Below are positions 1-19,666 of a DNA stretch of 64,000 bases, piece after piece; position 1 is the first letter of the stretch; each line of letters opens with the position of its first letter. The notes beneath the pieces were generated by a model. It was not told the DNA's origin, did not search any database, and saw only the letters and a list, made by a program, of their open reading frames with translations. A program made the position numbers and the translations under genes. The stretch is taken from NCBI RefSeq assembly GCF_009914755.1, contig NC_060939.1; one strand, given 5' to 3'. This DNA comes from the human T2T-CHM13v2.0 reference genome, Homo sapiens.

Positions 1-6
1 CACTCA

Positions 7-105
<99 letters not shown>

Positions 106-392
106 TCAGTCCAGGGAGGTGCTGGGGCCCCAAGCATCCCCTCTGACCACCCTTCTCCCAGTCCCAGGCCTCCCCCACTGCCTTATTCCCTACCCGGGGC
201 CTCGCCTTCTGTTACAGGGGCCCAGGTGGGAGGCAGTCTGTGCACCACTTCCTAAGAACACTTGAGCATCCTAGCTTGGGGCAGGCGACAGTGCCCTCAC
301 CTAGCAGAATGCCTTTGGTGAAAGGACAGGTGCGGCGAGGGGTGGGGGCCATTTCTTCAGCCTCCCAGGACAGACTGTGCTCCTAGGGCTTA

Positions 393-680
<288 letters not shown>

Positions 681-1180
681 TCACACCTGGGGTGGGATGG
701 ACGCTTCCAGCTGGAATGTCACTCCAAAAAGTGGCTGGTCCCTTTAGCAGGCCAGCCCAGCCTCCAGATCCTCCCGTGACCCCTATGAACCCCGGAGGGA
801 ATGTGGAGCAGCACCCCCCGCTGACTTTACCCAGGGAGCAAAAAGACCAGAGGGCCCAACTCCTTTCCCAAAGTCACACATGAGCTGTAGGCTGGAGGGG
901 ACAGCCCAGCCTTCAGTGCAGGAGTCCAGGCTCAGGCCCAGCCCTCCCACTGTCCCTGGCTGTGTCCCTGGGTGGCTGGCCCAGCCTGCTGAAGGCACCT
1001 TCTGATTTCTGAGTGGTCCCAGCAAACATGAAGAAAATGTCAGGGATGGGGGCAGGTGCTTCTGAAATGCCACTGTTTAACTGAAAACACACCGGAGTTC
1101 TGGGATTATACCCCTCCTACTTCTGGAGATTTGAAGTATCTTTCTTCAATACAAAATGATGGTGATAGTAAATGGTGATA

Positions 1181-2511
<1,331 letters not shown>

Positions 2512-3034
2512 TAGTAGTTTTAAAGGCCTTACTTGGCAAAGTGCAAAGCCAGCAGTTCCTGCTCGTGCTCCCAGTGACATCTCAGGGCTCTCCAGGGCAG
2601 AGGATGGAGTTCAGCTGCTGCTGCTGCCTCTCCTGCCACCTGGCTTCTTCCTCTCTTCCCAGTGGGTCCTTGACCTCTCCCTGGACCTCCAGTCACTTCT
2701 GCCTCAGCCTCCCCAAATGTTTTACGGTTTCCCAAGCACAGCCTTGTCTTTAGGTCCTTCTACCTGAACACCTCTCTGCTTCCCCCACTGGCACGCCAGG
2801 CTGAGGCTCAAATCAAAAGCCCTTTCTTGGGGCATATTTTCCATCCCTCCAGGCCACCGGCAGCTCCGCCTTCCCCGGGCCCCAGGCCCTGGACATGCTG
2901 CTCTGTCACAGCCTTCACCCCCCAGCAGCAGGCAGGAGCGTGCTTGAGTCAGGACACAGGGCTTAGCATCACCTTCCTGCCAGGTGTGCAAAGAATGGGG
3001 ATGACAGGAGAGAGTGGGGGCCCTGGGACAGTAC

Positions 3035-3133
3035 CTTGAGCAAGAGAAAGGGCGTGATGACGTTGTAGGCCATGTGGAAGTAGTCCCCAACACTGGGCTT
3101 GTTGAGTGGAAACCACTCGAGAGGGAATACCAG
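3035..3133 (-). CDS. CLN6: CLN6 exon 3 ([33 protein letters not shown])
   Basis: Acceptor CCGCAG|CTG, donor AAG|GTACTG; 99 nt, phase 0-0. Confidence 0.97.
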
Positions 3134-6100
3134 CTGCGGAGCAAATGGAAGAATGGGCTCACCTGGGCACAGCCCCACGCGGCCCTCGGGCCTCAAGGGA
3201 GTCTGCCCCTAATGCCGCCCACCCCAACTCCTTTCACCCCCCACCCCATCATGTACACTTAATTCTTCCTGTGATCGCTGGACCTTCTCGGCAGCCTTGG
3301 GACAAAGGTTTATCCAGACAGGAAAGCTGAGTCCCAGAGGAGGTAACGGACTTGTCCCCAGACACAGAGCAGATGCAATTCCAGGCAAGGCCTGACCCTG
3401 TGCCCCTCACCCAGCAGATACCAAATAAATGACCCTGATGCCAGCTTGGGAGTTGGTAGGCTTCTCAGGGACTCCGTTGTGGCACCAACTTGCTGGGTGA
3501 CCCTGGGCTAATACTTCCCTTCTCTGGGCCTTGGTTTCCCCATCTATAACACAAGAGAGGTGGCCCAGAGGGCCTACTTGGACCGTTCGGGTTCTGGCGC
3601 TCCTGAGTGCCAGATCAGTCTCCTGAGTGCTAGGCCCTGATGTGGAGGGACTGCTTCCAAACCAGGTTCAAAGTACACATTAGGAGACAAAGGAGAAAAC
3701 AGGAATGCTCTACAAAGTAGCTGCAACTCTTCCTTCCCCACCTTCCCAGAGAGAGGAAGGCAGGCCAGGGGCAGTTCCTCCTTCTGCAATGCTCTCTCTT
3801 CTGAGCCCTGGCCTTGTCCAGGCCAGTGTGAAAACCCCTATGCGGGGTTAAAGCATTTCACAACCCCCAAACTGTACTTCTAGTATCTGTTGATTGAAAA
3901 CACACATAAGGCCCACAAGTTTCAAGGAAGGATTTAGATGGTTCTCTCTTTTAACACAGAAATGCCATATTGGATAAACTAAACCCGCAGAAATAAAACT
4001 CACAGAATGCAGCAATCTCAGTCTCTCTCTCTCTCTCTCTTACTCAGTGTGCATGTGTTTATCTGCCTCTTTACCTACATCATATATATACTTGCTAAAA
4101 TACTCTGTGATAGCAAAACATCAGAAATAGGCTGACTCTTCAATCAAACAGGACCAGTTGAATCCCTGATAGTACTTCTTACCATGGAAGGTTAAGTAGC
4201 CATTAACAGAAATGACACCTTATATGTACTGACATGGAGAGAGAGCTATATTTTTTTTTCTTTTTTCTTTTTTATTGAGATGAGGTCTCCTTATGTTGAC
4301 CAGGCTGGTCACAAACTCCTGGGCTCAAGCGATCCTCCCACCTTGACCTCCCAAAGTGCTGGCATTACAGGTGCCAGGCACCAAGCACCATTAATTTTTA
4401 AATTATTTGTAAAAACAGGGTCTTGCTATGTTGCCAGGACTGGCCTCAGGCAATCCTCCTGCCTTGGCCTCCCAAAGTGCTGGAATTACATGCCACCATG
4501 CCCACCATATGATATATTCTAAAGGAAAACAAGCAGGTTGCAAAATAAAGTATAAAGCAAAATCCCATTATGGTTAGAAGGGAAAAGGATGTATATATGT
4601 GTTTGTACAAGCAGAGAAGAGTGAAAGGGGTGTTCCCGAAACTGTCAGCAGTGGGACAGGAAAGGGGTAGGGAGAGTCTAACACTTCTTTATGTTACAAC
4701 TATGTTACATCTATGACATGTTACTTTTATAACTTGTAAATGTTTTTGTTTTTAACAAATTTGCAACTATTATGCATACATTTGAAAATCTCTAGCGTAT
4801 ACAAGAGCTTTTCAAATGTCTACGTTCCACCAAGTCCTACTTAGGGTTACAGTGGTCACAGCAGCTCTAAGCAGGATGGGGGAAGTGATTTGCCCAATAG
4901 GAGACCCTGTTATGCCAGTAGAAGCTGGGTCCTAGTGAGTGAGGGGAGCCACGAGCCCACTCCTGGCCTCATCTCTCTCTCTAGCACCAGTTTGATGGGC
5001 AGCTTCTTTGGCCCCCAGTATGTGGTTCCTTCATGCTAGAAGAAGGTTCAGAGCAGCCAGACCAGCCAGTCTTCTTGGAGAGAGAAATGAAGCCCAGGAC
5101 AGTGACTTGCCCTAGGTCACCCACAAACCCAACCAGATGCCCCAACTCTTGGCTCAATTCCTCTTATTTTTCCACATTTAAAAGGCAACCTTCAAAAAGA
5201 CTGCAGGAAGGAGAACCAGCACCCACCATCACTCCCTGACAGCATTGCCAGGACAGCTTTTCTTTACACCTATCAAGTCTTTGATCCCAGGTAGACAAGC
5301 TCGTTATTGACTTGCAATTAGTCAGTCTGCATGTCATTTAGGAACCTTTTTTCTCCTTAAATATTCCAGGTTGCTCTATAGTATCCATAATTTCTGCTTA
5401 ATTGCCAGGAAACATTCTCTATAATGGACATAGCAAAACTGATTTACCCAGTCCCTAATGCTGGACACGCAAGTCACTTCTAAGGTTTGGCTATCATAAA
5501 CACCACTGCAATGAACATCTTTGAGTTAGAGGAAACTGCTGTCTTCTTGCTGATTATATCCCTACGGGCAGATTCTCGGAAGGGTATTACTGGGTCAGAG
5601 GGATGAATATATTAGGATTCTGGATATTTATGTGACAGAGAATTCAACCTTGTCAGAAAGGGGCTCCAGGGCCAGAATGCCTGGGCAGATGCTGGCCTCT
5701 ATGCTTGACCTCGAGCCAGTTACTTATTCTCTCTCTCCTCAAGTTTCCTCATCTATAACATTGAGATCAGCAATAGTGTTGATATGAGAATTAAATAAAC
5801 TGAAACACATAAAGAGCTTAGAACAGAGTAAACATTCGATGTTAGCCACTATTCTAACTTTGCTATAATTATTATTCATTCAGTAAAAATGCATTAAACA
5901 CTTATTGTGTTAGGCACTATTCTAAGTACTAATCTTGCCAAGTTGTTACTTATGAATTATTACTGCTTTCCAAAAAGGCTTTGCTTTTTGTTTGTTTTGT
6001 TTTTTGAGACAGGGTCTCACTGTGTTGCCCAGGCTGGAGTGCAGCGGTGTGATCACGGCTCACTGCAGCCTCAACTTCCCAGGCTCAGGAGATCTTCCCA

Positions 6101-6599
6101 GCTCAGTCCTGAGTAGCTGGGACTACAGGTGCACATCACCACACCCAGCTAATTTACAAATCTTTTATAGAGACAGGGTCTCATTATATTGCCCTGACTG
6201 ATCTCAAACTCCTGGGCTCAAGTGATGTTCCTGTTTCAGCTTCCCAAAGTGCTAGGATTATAGGCATGAGCCACCATGCCCGGCCCCAAAAGGGCTTTGC
6301 TAATTTGCATGATCACTAGTATGTACAAAGTGCCAGTTTCAGCACTGGATATTGTTATTTTTACACTTGAATTTGCTGAGTGACCTTCGAAAAGTCACTT
6401 CCCGTTTATCTTCCAGTAAACTGAGAGTATAGGCCTGGATGCCTTCATATCTTTTGGCTCTATGACTGTGGCCCGTCAGGCAACTGTCAGCAAGTTGGGT
6501 GGGAGGGGTCTGGGGGCCATGAATAGTCACACTGTGCCCCCACTACCAAATAATGACTTGATACCTGGTGATATCTCACTTAATTTTCTTCACGTTCGT

Positions 6600-6660
6600 C
6601 TATTTATTATCTATCATCTGTCAATTATCTACCTACCTACCTACCTACCTACCTATCTTC
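6600..6660. repeat. (TATC/TACC)n tetranucleotide microsatellite
   Basis: CTATCTATC..CTACCTACCTACCTACC run. Confidence 0.8.
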
Positions 6661-7267
6661 CATCCTCCCACTACAAGCAAGGGGCACTGGTGCCCTCCCA
6701 GCATTAATCTTGTCTGTGGAGGCCACCACTGGATACTAAAGCATGAAGTAGCCTTGGAAGGCAGGGGATGGTTTCACTGGATGGCATTAAAAATTACCCA
6801 TGGCTCACAGTCATATATAATATGCAAAATCAGCCTACGCCCTTCAACTCCAGAAAAAATAATACTATCCCAAGGTAATGGGGAAGGACAGGGGAGACGG
6901 GGGTGGGGGTGCGGTGCTCCACTTCCTTTCCTATACCCCTTTGTCTGTCTTGGTGATTTGGTTCAACCTGGTTCACCTGCTTCCAGACACAGGCCAGAGG
7001 GGGTTACAGTATTACAGTATGACTGTTCAGGACCACCAGTTCCCCCATGAGAGTTGGGGCAAAGTATGACTCTTCAGGCCCCCCACTTGCTGGCAGTTGC
7101 CTGACGGGCCAAGTCATAGAGCTAAGGATATGAAGGCATCCAGGCCTATTCTCTCAGTTTACTGGGAGATAAAGGAGAAGTGACTTGTCTAAGGTCACTC
7201 GGCAAATTCAAGCCACACTAAGTGTCCTCAGTGCTGGTCAGAGCCCTGTGCACCATTTCACACTCAC

Positions 7268-7382
7268 CATGGCAATGGGACGCCCAAAGTCCAGAACCCA
7301 GTTCTGCAGTGTGAAGTAGAACCAGAGGTCGAGGTGGAAGGGAGCCGTGCGGGCAGCCTCATCAGCGCTCACAGAGCCATGC
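7268..7382 (-). CDS. CLN6: CLN6 exon 2 ([39 protein letters not shown])
   Basis: Acceptor TTCCCAG|G, donor ATG|GTGAGT; 115 nt; continues the exon 1 frame. Confidence 0.97.
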
Positions 7383-9602
7383 CTGGGAAGGAACCAGACG
7401 AGAGAAGTCAGCTCTTCTCTCCTCCTCCACCAAAATCTTCCCCTGAGATTAGCCACAAAGAGGTCTGGGGACTTGAGGACAGGAGGAGACACACATAATT
7501 GAGTTCTATGGATAGGGTTTTGCTGGATATACTGGGGTCTGGCCCTGTGGTCAAGGAGAAGGTGGACTTCAGCTGCCCCGACCTTAGCTTCTCTCTGATT
7601 CAGGAAGGAAACAGCTGAACAGGTGTAATTGCTGGGGTTTCTCCGCTACTGAAAGATGGAGGAAATCAAGAAAGGCAAAGGACGCAATCGTGGCTGAAAA
7701 GCATGAAACTTGATGATGGATCATGGCAGCTGACCTTAGTTGAGCACTTACTATATCCCAGGCACTACTGTTAGCTGTTTACATGTATTATCTCATTTAA
7801 TCCTCACAGAAACCTTTCAAGGCTGAAATATTACCTCCATTTTAGAAACGAAAAAACTGAGGCCCAAGAGGCTCAATAACTTGCTCAAGGTCACACAGCT
7901 AAGGATTTGAACCCAAATGATTGGGCTCCTGAGCTTATACTTTTAACCTCCATCCCATAGTTGGGTCCATCAGGATTGGTCTATGGGATGGGCATGTGAC
8001 CAGAGCTTGGCCAATCAGAGCCCTCCAATGAAATGTGCCTTAGAGAGACTGAAATGGATAGGGCCTCCTGCTCGCTTGATTCCAGCACTGTGAGGAGGTC
8101 AGGTTGGGCTGCTGGTAATCCTCTTCTCAGCAGTCCACAGTAGAACCTGAGAAGGAGCCAGCAGAAGCAAGGTGATGTGAGAGACACAGCAGGAAGTGGA
8201 GTACTGCCTCACGATACATCTTTGGAGGCCTGTCCCTCTCACTAAACAGTTGGTCATCTGCTGTTCACAGATGCACTGAAGTTCCAGGACCAGTGCTGCC
8301 TCCTCTGGGAAGGCTTCCCTGATGAAGCTTTTCCCAAAGCCCCACCAGCCCACTGCAGGGAGCATTTCAACGCCAACCCAGTCTGGCATAATGGGGCTGG
8401 AGCTGTACTCTCCCATCTAGACCCTCGAGAACAGGGGTGACCTTTAAGGTTCTCCCAACTCACCCACCTCCCTATCAGAGTCCAAATCCTCTTTACAGAG
8501 TCCCTGCAATTACTTGCACACCTCCAGGGACAAGCAGCCAGCCACATCCTAAGAGGACTGAGGTGTGGGTTTCATCGTCTCGTTTGTGCCAAGAACAGGC
8601 GCCATGGACCACAAATCTGTATTCCTCCAGAGTTCTGAGCTCAGGCCCTGGTCCATGCTCAGCAACTACTGGCTGATTAAAACAGTCACAACGACCAGTT
8701 ACTCCTTTTGTAGTGGCAAACATTAGCTTAGAGGCACTGCAAAGACTGTCTTCTGTCGATACTGCTGTTGCTTCCCTAATTTTCTGAGATCCCTTCCTGC
8801 CAGTTCCAAGGATGATCCATACTGGCTGGTAGAGTACCCCAGGACAGGGAGGCAAGCTCTTGGGAGAAATCTCATTTTCTAGTGGCAGGCAAGACAGGTT
8901 GGGTAGGCCTTCCCTAGGTCAGCTAAGTCTTCCTGTCCCCTCTACTCGGTATCTTCCACCCCCTCACTGAACACCAACTATGTGCAATGCTAGGTCTTTA
9001 CCTGCACTATCTCATCTAATCCACGCATCTGCTTTACAGATGAGGATACTGAGGCTTAGAGGGATTAGGTGCTTAGCCAAAGCCACCCGTGTAGTAAGGA
9101 GCTGTGGCAACAATTCCTTTTGTCAGCCTATTTCCCACCCACTGCTTCTTCTGGTAAGACATGATATTTTCTTAGCCACAGGAAGGGCCAGTGATCTAGA
9201 CTGGCCCAGTGGGACTTTTCCAACTGCAGGTGAGGAAAAGAGCTCCTTCCTTTATAGTGCTGGGTTCTAAGGGTGCAAGCCCAGGACTGCCTACAGCCAA
9301 GGTTCCACCCTCAAGGGACATCCAGGTAAGAATGAAGTAGCCTCGCAGAGAGGATCAGGGAAAGGGGGAGAAAAAGTGCTGACAGTGTTCATGTTGCCAG
9401 TTCATGATCTGGCCATATGAGCCAACACATTCCTTTTTGCTAAGGATGGTGCAGTTCACACTGGCTTTCTGTCACTTGCAACCCAGTCGTCCTGAATAAC
9501 ACACACAATTCAAACCTGGGTTTATGTTAATTCAAGACCTGTGCTCTTAATAGCTTGCTATTCTGTTTTTTTGTTTTGTTTTTTGGAGACAGGGTCACCT
9601 AG

Positions 9603-9860
<258 letters not shown>

Positions 9861-9941
9861 TGAGCCACCATGTCTGGCCAACAGCTTGCTATTCTGTTTT
9901 TGATTACTAGGCTTATCAGGAGATCAGGTTAGAAAGGGATC

Positions 9942-11870
9942 TCCCTCCCCCCTCCCCCACCCCTCCCCCTCTCCCTCGCTTCTTCCTTCTCCCTCTGTTG
10001 CTGAGGCTGGACTGTACTGCCGTGATCTCAGCTCCCTGCAACCTCCCTGCCTCGGGCTCCCGTGATTCTCCTGCCTCGGCCTGCCGAGTGCCTGGGATCG
10101 CAGGCACACGCCGCCACACCTGACTGGTTTTTGTATTTTTGGTGGAGACGGGGTTTCGCCGTGTTGACCGGGCTGGTCTCCAGCTCTTGACCTCGAGTGA
10201 TCTGCCCGCCTCGGCCTCCCGAGGTGCTGGGATTGCAGACGGAGTCTCGCTCACTCAATGCTCAATGTTGCCCAGGCTGGAGTGCAGTGGCGTGATCTCG
10301 GCTCGCTACAACCTCCACCTCCCAGCCGCCTGCCTTGGCCTCCAAAAGTGCTAAGATTACAGGCTCTGCCCGGCCGCCACCCCATCTAGGAAGTGAGGAG
10401 CATCTCTGCCTGGCCGCCCATCGTCTGGGATGTGAGGAGCCCCTCTGCCCGGCCACCCCATCTGGGAGGTGAGAAGCGCCTCTGCCCAGCTGCCCATCGT
10501 CTGGGATGTGAGGAGCGCCTCTGCCCGGCCGCCCCGTCTGGGAAGTGAGGAGCACCTCTGCCCAGCTGCCCCGTCTAGGAAGTGAGGAGCGCCTCTGCCT
10601 GGCTGCCCATCGTCTGGGATGTGAGGAGCGCCTCTGCCCGGCCGCCCCATCTGGGAAGTGAGGAGCGCCTCTGCCCAGCTGCCCCGTCTGGGAAGTGAGG
10701 AGCCCCTCTGCCCGGCTGCCCTGTCTGGGAGGTGAGAAGCGCCTCTGCCCGGCTGCCCATCGTCTGGGATGTGAGGAGCGCCTCTGCCCGGCCACCCCGT
10801 CTGGGAAGTAAGGAGCCCCTCTGCCCGGCCGCCCCGTCTGGGATGTGAGGAGCCCTTCTGCCCGGCCGCCCCGTCTGGGAGGTGAGGAGCCCCTCTGCCC
10901 GGCCGCCCCATCTGGGAGGTGAGGAGCACCTCTGCCCAGCCGCCCCATCTGGGAGGTTAGGAGCCCTTCTGCCTGGCTGCCCCATCTGGGAAGTGAGGAG
11001 CACCTCTGCCTGGCCGCCACCCCGTCTAGGAAGTGAGGAGCGCCTCTGCCTGGCTGCCCATCGTCTGTCTGGGAGGTGAGAAGCGCCTCTGCCCGGCTGC
11101 CCCGTCTGGGAGGTGAGGAGCGTCTCTGCCCGGCTGCCCATCGTCTGGGATGTGAGGAGCGCCTCTGCCCGGCCGCCCCGTCTGGGAGGTGAGGAGTGCC
11201 TCTGCCCGGCCGCCCCGTCTGGGAGGTGTGGAGCACCTCTGCCTGGCCGCCCCGTCTGGGAAGTGAGGAGCGCCTCTGCCCAGCCGCCCCGTCTGGGAAG
11301 TGAGAAGTGCCTCTGCCCGGCCGCCCGGTCTGGGAGGTGTACCCAACAGCTCCGAAGAGACAGCGACCATTGAGAATGGGCCATGATGACGATGGCAGTT
11401 TTGTCAAAAAGAAAAGGGGGAAATGTGGGGAAAAGAAAGAGAGATCAGATTGTTACTGTGTCTGTGTAGAAAGAAGTAGACATAGGAGACTCCATTTTGT
11501 TCTGTACTAAGAAAAATTCTTCTGCCTTGGGATGCTGTTAGTCTATAACCTTACCCCCAACCCCGTGCTCTCTGAAACATGTGCTGTGTCCACTCAGGGT
11601 TAAATGGATTAAGGGTGGTGCAAGATGTGCTTTGTTAAACAGATGCTTGAAGGCAGCATGCTCGTTAAGAGTCATCACCACTCCCTAATCTCAAGTACCC
11701 AGGGACATAAACACTGAGGAAGGCTGCAGGGTCCTCTGCCTAGGAAAACCAGAGACCTTTGTTCACGTGTTTATCTGCTGACCTTCTCTCCACTATTATC
11801 CTATGACCCTGCCACATCCCCCTCTCCGAGAAACACCCAAGAATGATCAATAAATACTGAAAAAAAAAAA
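9942..11870 (+). mobile_element. Full-length SVA retrotransposon (old SVA_A/B type) in CLN6 intron 1, antisense to the gene
   Basis: Degenerate CCCTCT head (9942-9995), antisense Alu-like domain, GC-rich VNTR (about 10360-11336), SINE-R (about 11337-11858), AATAAA at 11849 and poly(A). TSD AGAAAGGGATC (9931-9941) / AGAAAAGGATC (11870-11880). Confidence 0.95.
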
Positions 11871-12493
11871 GAAAAGGATCAGCGTGGCCTAGGGCAATAC
11901 ACAAAGCTTGCATGAGGGAAGGGAGCCTCAAAGCACGGATGGATGAATCTAACTAGGCAGAAAAGCAGGAAAGCAGGGTAAAGGCCTGGAGGTGGAAGTG
12001 AAGAAGGTTCTGCATGGAGCTGAGATGCCTGGCTTACTGGAGCCAGAGAAAGAGAAGGGACGGGCGGCTCGATCTTCAGACTGGACAGATAGCCAGTAAC
12101 CCTGAGGACTGCTCAGTGGTCTGAGACGAGTGACCAACACAGAGGCCCCACCCAGCTCCTTCCTCAGTAGCCATCAGGGTAAGGCCTCAAAAAGCAGAGA
12201 GTGATAACCTCCAGGCCCAGAGAACTTGGGTGGCGAAAGAGGTAACAGCCTTCAGTTTCTTGCTCTGATACCTCCAAACTTGGCAAAAAGTAGGATGTTC
12301 GGTACGAGGAATAAAGGGATTTTGGAAGCATGAACACTTAGATGTGTGTATCTGGAAGTTATGTGTACCCAGCATACACTAGAGGCTCAGTGACTACCTC
12401 CTCCTCCACCTCAGGAAGCACCTTGGTCAATGAGAATCCCTGTCATTAGTCCAGCCTAACTTAGTAGGACAGGAAAAAAAAAAAAAGAGGGGG

Positions 12494-16150
<3,657 letters not shown>

Positions 16151-18166
16151 TAGTGAGCAAAGCACGGATGCAGCAGAGGAAATCCAAGCATCCTAGGAAC
16201 TGGACAGGATGATTCTGCCTACTCTCTTGAGCAGCAATGATACTGGGAATGGACTGAAGCCACATTGTAGGGGGCAGAGACACCCTGGGAGACAGAGAGC
16301 TCCCACCCTCACACCACCCCCCTGGGAATACCCTGGCTGGTGGGGAGCTCACACAGGGGAAGAGGGACATGACTCCTTAGCAGCCAAAGTGGAGTCGTAA
16401 GAGCAGAGCCCGTAAGTCAGAAACCCTGGGTTTAGGCCCTGGTTCTTGCCAGCAAATGATGTAACCTCTTTGGGCCTCCATTTCCCCATCTGTACATTGG
16501 AAGTGACATCTGGCAGCTCATTGTCAAGACTGAGTAAGATGCTAGACATGGGAGCCCCACACAGGAGATAAAGTGGTGACCCTATCTGAGACCCACAGGC
16601 TGTTCCCATTGGGCTGTCACAGTTCAGGGCAGTCAGTGACCCCCAACTTGGCAAGGATTCGGAACAGAGACATCCCGCAGGCAGAAGAGGCTGCCTGGAA
16701 GAGGGGAGCTGGTAAATGGGTTGGGTCACAGCAGAGATGAAACCACTGGACACGGCGTGGGGCAGACAGCCCGGGGACTCAGCCAGTCAGGCTCCTCAGC
16801 CCATCTAAGCCTATTTCCTCATCAGTAAAATAATACTTAACTCACAGGCCGAGGGAGACAGGTGAGCTACAGTATGCGGTCTATGGCCAGTACATTGTTT
16901 CTAAGTGAAAACGGACACAGTCCGCAGCTGCTCAGCCCGCATGTCCGCAGCAGCAGAAACGAGCCATCCCTCACCTCAGCCCAAGCGCTCAGACTTCTCC
17001 CTTCATCCAGGTCGTACCAAAAACTTCCTAACAAGGACTTTGCGCATGCTAGTGCTCAGAAACTTCTCACGACTCCCCAGTGCCTATGGGATAAAGACTG
17101 TGTCCTTAACCTGTCACCTAGGACAGGAACTAGGGTGAGACAAGCAAGGCCTCCAAGGCCCAACATTTGAGGCGGCACTCACGGTCACGGCAGTGCGCCT
17201 ACCCCTAAGTTTTGCAATCTAGGTCCTCAACTCGAGTCCTAGACTTGCTGCAATTAAAGGCCCTTCACAATCAGTCTGCATCCTCCTGTCACTTTCTTTT
17301 ACAGCCGGAAAGCTCCAGCACCACTAAACTCCTTGCCCTTCCCCACTGTTTCCCTGGATGGAACAGCCTGTCTTCCCTGGGTCCCCTACCAAGTCCTCTG
17401 AGACTCAGCTCAAGTGCCACTTCCTCCATGAAGCCCTCCAAGATGACCGCTCACTCCCACTTGGGCTCTGTCTCTCCTGATCCCTACAGGACGGTAAGCC
17501 TCTCCCACCTTCACCCTGCCTACCCCCTTACTGCCTGGCACAGCGCTGGGCATACCACAGGCGCTTAAAGAATGCCTGCTGAATGCAGTGAATGTTTCTG
17601 GTCAGTAAAACGGGACGAAGGTAGAATGGAGCTCTGCTCGCCCAACGAGATAAACCAAAAACTGAGAAGGGCTCCTCATTCATTCTCTGGACGGCAGCTT
17701 CCGCCCTTCCCCGCTGTCTCTTCCATTACATTCGCACATTCTTGGGTGCCCCAGGTCAAGCAGACAGCCTCCTGATAAATGACAGAATCAAGTCCTACTC
17801 AGGGCTGGAGGGACCCCGAGAACGCGGAGGTGGCGCCCGGAACTTGCGGATAAGTTGGGGGTCCGAGTGACGAGGTGTGTGTCCCCACCGCCCTGGGGAG
17901 CTCTCCCAGCGCAGCGGCTGTCCCGGCGCCAGCCCGGGTCGCTGGAACGCGGGAAGGGAGGAAAACCCCAAACTTCGGGCGGGCGCTCCTCCCACCCGAG
18001 CAACGGCGAAGCGGGGAGGCCGAGCCCCGCTGGGCCCCAGGCTCCCCAGGCAGAGAAGGAAACGCGGGGGCACCGCCGCCACGGTAGCGCGCCTCCAAGC
18101 CCCCCGCGCTCCGCTCCGCCCCGGCCAGCGCCGCACACGAGGTTCCCGCCCGGCAGCCCTAGGAGC

Positions 18167-18788
<622 letters not shown>

Positions 18789-18800
18789 TTACGGGTGGAG

Positions 18801-19666
18801 GAGAGGAGGCAGGACTGGAGACCTGCACGTGTAGCACCCGCGTGGTGCAGCACGTGGGTTGCAGATGTTCTAGTGAGGGGCTGGCGGTGACAGTGGGAAG
18901 GAGCGAGTTGGTGACATCTAGAGTCGTGTGAGAGGTATGGTGACTGGGACTCTGGATGTGGGGGGTGAGGGGAGAAGAGTTCAGGCAGTGGCCGGATTCT
19001 GCCCCTGGGTGGATAGTGGAGGCACCCCCCGGGAAGTGGGCTAGAGCAGATTTCGTGTAAATAAAGATTCATCTTTGAACGCATTAAGCTTGAGGTGGGT
19101 CAGGAAGGCTGTTGGACCGGTGGTCTGAAGCTGAGGCGAGACCTGGGAACCCAGTGGACAGGCTCGTGAGTCACCGGAGCATACAAGACAGACAGAACCT
19201 AAGGGGACAGCATCCTCAAGTGAAAAACAGAACCAAAAGTCAAACCTGAGAACAGCCTGCAGGGCAGATTGCCAGGACTTCATTAGTGGTACCACTTTGA
19301 ACTAGCTGTGATGCGGGCAAATGGCTCAACCCCTCACAGCTTCAGTTTACTCATCTGTAACAAGAAGATGCCTATTGCATCTACTACATTGGAGTTGTGA
19401 TGACTATATGAAACTCTTAGCAGAGAGCCCGGCACTGGTGGACTAAGTTATTTACAATAGCCCGTCTCGAGACCTGAGGTTTCCCTCCACAGAAAGGTTA
19501 CCTTCCACACCACTGTCAATGTCACAAACTCTCTCCTCCCCACGGTCACTGTCAGCAGCCCAGGCCGCTAACTAGAACAACTGCAACCAACTCCCATTCT
19601 CCCCACCACCCCCGTGCTACACCAGGCGCACACGACATGTGCAGGTCTCCAGTCCTGTCTCCTCTC
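18801..19666. repeat. Inverted duplication: arms 18801-18917 and 19519-19666
   Basis: The reverse complement of arm 1 aligns with arm 2, including a 27/28 core GTGCAGGTCTCCAGTCCTG(C/T)CTCCTCTC. Confidence 0.85.

Noticed and set aside
10262-11407. Long ORFs (381, 269, 190 aa) with repeated peptides
   Set aside because: Translations of the SVA VNTR; GC-rich repeats lack stop codons.
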